61,710 nt of DNA, from contig JBGSLH010000004.1 of assembly GCA_041740795.1 (NCBI GenBank), positions 1 to 61,710 of the forward strand, read 5' to 3'. Shown in pieces: positions 58,671 to 61,710 of the stretch (the first letter of the stretch is position 1; each line of letters opens with the position of its first letter). The notes below the pieces were generated by a model. That model was not told where the DNA came from. It was given only the letters and a program-made list of their open reading frames with translations, and searched no databases. Position numbers and translations under genes: made by a program. Source of the stretch: Minisyncoccia bacterium. Lineage in GTDB: Bacteria; Patescibacteriota; Minisyncoccia; Phycocordibacterales; JAACPR01.

Positions 58671-59642
58671 ATGACATACGAAGAAGCACTACAACACAAA
58701 GAAAATCCTCGGGTACAGTATTTTGTTTCTGAAATAGAACGACTTGAAAACGCGAAAAAAGAAACGGAGGAACTTTTGAATAATCCGGACATGAAAGATA
58801 TGGCCGAAGAAGAACTCAAGTCACTTACTCTTGAGCAGCAGAGTTTTTTCGATCAGATGACAGAAAGCCTTAAAAAAGAGGAAGCGGAAGAAGAATTTCC
58901 AAATGAGATTATCCTTGAGGTGCGTGCAGGTGCAGGAGGAGACGAAGCATCTATCTTTGCATATCAGTTGGCAGAAATGTACGAACGATATGCCGAAAAA
59001 CAAAATTGGAATATGATCAAGCTCGAGGAATCACTCAGTTCTGTCGGAGGCTACAAGGAAGCGACATTTGAAGTGAGGGGACAAGATGTATATAAAAAGC
59101 TTCGATATGAAACAGGTGTGCATCGCGTACAACGAATTCCTAAGACCGAAAGTAAGGGACGTGTGCATACATCGACTGCGTCTGTCGCTGTTTTGCCTAT
59201 GCGTAAAAAAACGAAGCTTGTCCTACATCCCGACGATCTTGAGATGGAATTCTCACGAGCTGGAGGAAAGGGAGGTCAGAACGTGAATAAAGTAGAAACG
59301 GCGGTACGACTCGTGCACAAGCCGACCGGATTCGATGTGCGTTCAACGGCGCAGCGAAGTCAGCTCAAGAACAAGGAAACGGCTTTGGCTATCTTGACTG
59401 CCAAGGTGGAGCAGCACTATGAGGCGATCGAAGCTGCCAAATACTCGTCTGAACGTAAGGACCAGATCGGAACATCTGACCGGTCAGAAAAAATCAGGAC
59501 ATATAACTTTCCACAGAACAGGATCACTGATCACCGAATCAAGCAGTCGTGGCACAGTATTGAGAGTACGCTTGCCGGAAATCTTGATCCGATCATCGAA
59601 AGCATGCAGGCCGGAACGGTCGGAGATGCGGACGAGGACTAA
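58671..59642 (+). CDS. prfA: Peptide chain release factor 1
   Basis: [26 protein letters not shown] (PxT), [18 protein letters not shown]. Confidence 0.93.
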   Translation: MTYEEALQHKENPRVQYFVSEIERLENAKKETEELLNNPDMKDMAEEELKSLTLEQQSFFDQMTESLKKEEAEEEFPNEIILEVRAGAGGDEASIFAYQLAEMYERYAEKQNWNMIKLEESLSSVGGYKEATFEVRGQDVYKKLRYETGVHRVQRIPKTESKGRVHTSTASVAVLPMRKKTKLVLHPDDLEMEFSRAGGKGGQNVNKVETAVRLVHKPTGFDVRSTAQRSQLKNKETALAILTAKVEQHYEAIEAAKYSSERKDQIGTSDRSEKIRTYNFPQNRITDHRIKQSWHSIESTLAGNLDPIIESMQAGTVGDADED

Positions 59643-59703
59643 TCTAGCTTGTTTCTTGGGTCTCTATTGCCAATTTTAAATATATTTGTTACTATCCACC
59701 TAC

Positions 59704-60414
59704 ATGAAATCAGTAAATACAGACAATACAGTAGCTATCGAATCAATGCTCCAAGTAGGAGCACATTTTGGATATGCAAAGTCAAGGCGTCACCCGTCGA
59801 CAAAATCTTTTATCGCAGGTAGCAAGAACGGATATGAGATCATCGATCTTGATCAGACTGCAAACCAGACTCAGAAGGCAGTAGCTTTCGTTTCAGAAGT
59901 CGCAAAGGATCGAGGACAAATCCTGTTCGTAAGTACCAAAAAAGAATTTGCATCAATCGTCAAAGATGCGGCGATGTCTATCGACCAACCGTACGCTATC
60001 GTACGGTGGATCGGAGGTACTCTCACTAACTTCGAAGAAATTTCAAAACGAGTAAAGCGACTCGAAACCCTTCTTGAACAGAAGTCAAAAGGTCTTCTTG
60101 CAAAATACACAAAGAAGGAACGACTTATGATCGACCGAGAGATCGAGAACCTTGAAGAACGATTCGGAGGAATTACAAACATGAAATTCAAGCCAAAGGC
60201 GATGTTTGTAATCGATAGCAAGCACGAAGAGATTGCTGCACAGGAAGCGATCAATGAGAAGATTCCGGTAGTAGGACTTTCAAACTCTGACTGTGATGTC
60301 AGCAACCTTACATACCCTATTATTGCAAACGACTCTTCAGTAAAGAGTGTAAAATTTTTTATCGCTCAGATCGTAGAAGCATACAAGTCTTCAAAAGAAG
60401 AAAAGAAAGCGTAA
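59704..60414 (+). CDS. rpsB: 30S ribosomal protein S2
   Basis: VGAHFG, RWIGGTLTNF, IANDSS; TTGCCA-17-TACTAT promoter. Confidence 0.97.
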   Translation: MKSVNTDNTVAIESMLQVGAHFGYAKSRRHPSTKSFIAGSKNGYEIIDLDQTANQTQKAVAFVSEVAKDRGQILFVSTKKEFASIVKDAAMSIDQPYAIVRWIGGTLTNFEEISKRVKRLETLLEQKSKGLLAKYTKKERLMIDREIENLEERFGGITNMKFKPKAMFVIDSKHEEIAAQEAINEKIPVVGLSNSDCDVSNLTYPIIANDSSVKSVKFFIAQIVEAYKSSKEEKKA

Positions 60415-60444
60415 TTTTACCAAGTAACACACATACAAATAATT

Positions 60445-61026
60445 ATGAGTATTTCAACAGAAGTAATCAAGCAATTACGAGACGCGACAGGTGTCTCTAT
60501 CATGCAGTGCAAAAAGGCACTTGAAGAAGTGGGTGGAGATATTGAAAAAGCAAAAGTCATCCTACAAAAATACAGCAAGGCCGCGGCTGATAAAAAGTCA
60601 GACCGAACTCTTGGGGCAGGGACTGTTGCGTCATACATTCACCAGGGCGGAGCTGTTGGAGTGCTTGTAGAGCTTATGTGTGAGACTGACTTTGTATCAA
60701 AGAATGAAGCATTCCAGGCTCTTGCCAAAGATATCGCAATGCATGTTGCGGCTCTCGCTCCTCGATTTATGCGAAAAGAGGACATCAAGGAAGAAGATAC
60801 GACTGCTGCCAAAGAAGTATTCGCAGAAGAAACAGAAGGGAAGCCTGAAGAATTGAAGGCAAAGATCCTTGCAGGTAAACTCGATGCATACTTCAGCGAA
60901 AAAACTCTCCTCGAACAGCCTTTCATAAAAAACCCGGACAAGACAATCGCGCTTCTTATCGACGAAGCATCACAGAAGTTCGGAGAAAAAGTGGAAATCA
61001 CTCGGTTTACGCGATACTCAATCTAA
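60445..61026 (+). CDS. tsf: Elongation factor Ts (short form)
   Basis: IKQLRDATGVSIMQCKKAL, VELMCETDFV, LLEQPFIK. Confidence 0.97.
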   Translation: MSISTEVIKQLRDATGVSIMQCKKALEEVGGDIEKAKVILQKYSKAAADKKSDRTLGAGTVASYIHQGGAVGVLVELMCETDFVSKNEAFQALAKDIAMHVAALAPRFMRKEDIKEEDTTAAKEVFAEETEGKPEELKAKILAGKLDAYFSEKTLLEQPFIKNPDKTIALLIDEASQKFGEKVEITRFTRYSI

Positions 61027-61061
61027 AGCTATTAGCTAAGGGCTTACAGCTTTTAGCATTG
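61027..61061 (+). repeat. Heptamer tandem array (AGCTATT consensus), copy 2
   Basis: AGCTATT AGCTAAG GGCTTAC AGCTTTT AGCATTG directly after the tsf stop. Confidence 0.7.
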
Positions 61062-61066
61062 CAACC

Positions 61067-61375
61067 ATGATAATAGAACTCATCACAATTAGTGTCTCCT
61101 CCATTATTCTGTTTTTGATTTATTTTGCGCGTCTCAAGTCGACAAATGGAGACACATTCCTTTTTTCTGAAAGATTTCTGAATAGGGCAGACGAGGCAAT
61201 TTTTGGTTTTATAAAATTCATCTACAAGATGAACGCGCTCCTTTTCCATAATATATCAGGATTTGTAGCACACATTCCCCATAGAACCATCCACGTGATT
61301 CACGGGATTTCACATTCGATTACGGAATATACAAGTAATTTAGTAGAAAAAATCACCCACAAGAATACAAAATAA
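61067..61375 (+). CDS. Hypothetical membrane-anchored protein
   Basis: 102-aa ORF with N-terminal TM. Confidence 0.7.
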   Translation: MIIELITISVSSIILFLIYFARLKSTNGDTFLFSERFLNRADEAIFGFIKFIYKMNALLFHNISGFVAHIPHRTIHVIHGISHSITEYTSNLVEKITHKNTK

Positions 61376-61447
61376 TCGTCGTTTTGAGACTTCACAAACC
61401 GAATAAAATCAGTTAGAATGCACGTACTCTATATTTTCAATGAGTAT

Positions 61448-61523
61448 GCCACTTTAGCTCAGTTGGTAGAGCAGCCGTTTTGTAAACGGCAGGTCGTCAG
61501 TTCGAATCTGACAAGTGGCTCCA
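61448..61523 (+). tRNA. tRNA-Thr(TGT)
   Basis: Canonical cloverleaf, GCCGT-TTTGTAA-ACGGC, TTCGAAT, CCA; promoter TTCACA-17-TAGAAT; terminator 61523-61563. Confidence 0.97.
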
Positions 61524-61603
61524 AAAAGACCCTCAAAAATCATCCGATTTTTGAGGGTCTTTTGATTGAAAAAAAGGCCGAATGGTGGTAATCTGCTATA
61601 TAC

Positions 61604-61710
61604 ATGGAATCAGATAAATATTATCTAAAAGTTGCTCACGCCAGGGACTTAAAAGGTAAAGATAGAGTTATATTTCGAATGTTTGAAATACTACATGGAG
61701 CACTTACTTG
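61604..61710 (+). CDS. Partial CDS (truncated by window), possibly a membrane GT2-type protein
   Basis: MESDKYYLKVAHARDLKGKDRVIFRMFEILHGALT... open to the end; TTGAAA-17-TAATCT promoter. Confidence 0.6.
   Translation, partial: MESDKYYLKVAHARDLKGKDRVIFRMFEILHGALT

Overview
Chromosomal segment of a Patescibacteria/CPR bacterium, most likely Parcubacteria (OD1). This is inferred from 16S signatures, the gene set and the compact layout; TGA is a stop codon, so code 11. Contents, in order: a stand-alone 16S rRNA gene with a ~186-nt structured insertion and no anti-Shine-Dalgarno tail; tRNA-Ile; cell-wall genes (murB, XRE-HTH-murA fusion, murC); pyk; rsmI; an orphan VirB4/TraD-like ATPase; a 16-kb minus-strand glycan cluster with a complete GDP-heptose pathway, its own transaldolase and four methyltransferases, divergent from an O-antigen-ligase/TPR gene; a tiny lysine-rich histone-like gene; secA; MYG1; obg; a type IV pilin cluster; ligA; gatCA; pfkB/fba; rplY; a lytic transglycosylase; rpmE-prfA; rpsB-tsf; tRNA-Thr. 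The most notable signals are: (i) an ~88-bp palindromic element (Rickettsia RPE-like) present intergenically and inserted in-frame in three proteins, in both orientations; (ii) a convergent small-RNA pair sharing a bidirectional terminator and carrying dispersed complementary boxes; (iii) anti-SD loss together with many apparently leaderless promoters; (iv) a candidate operator for the XRE-MurA fusion; (v) an SH3-TM-HEPN-like protein; and (vi) several ORF-less promoter-hairpin-terminator units. All calls are by eye, with no database searches or folding runs.
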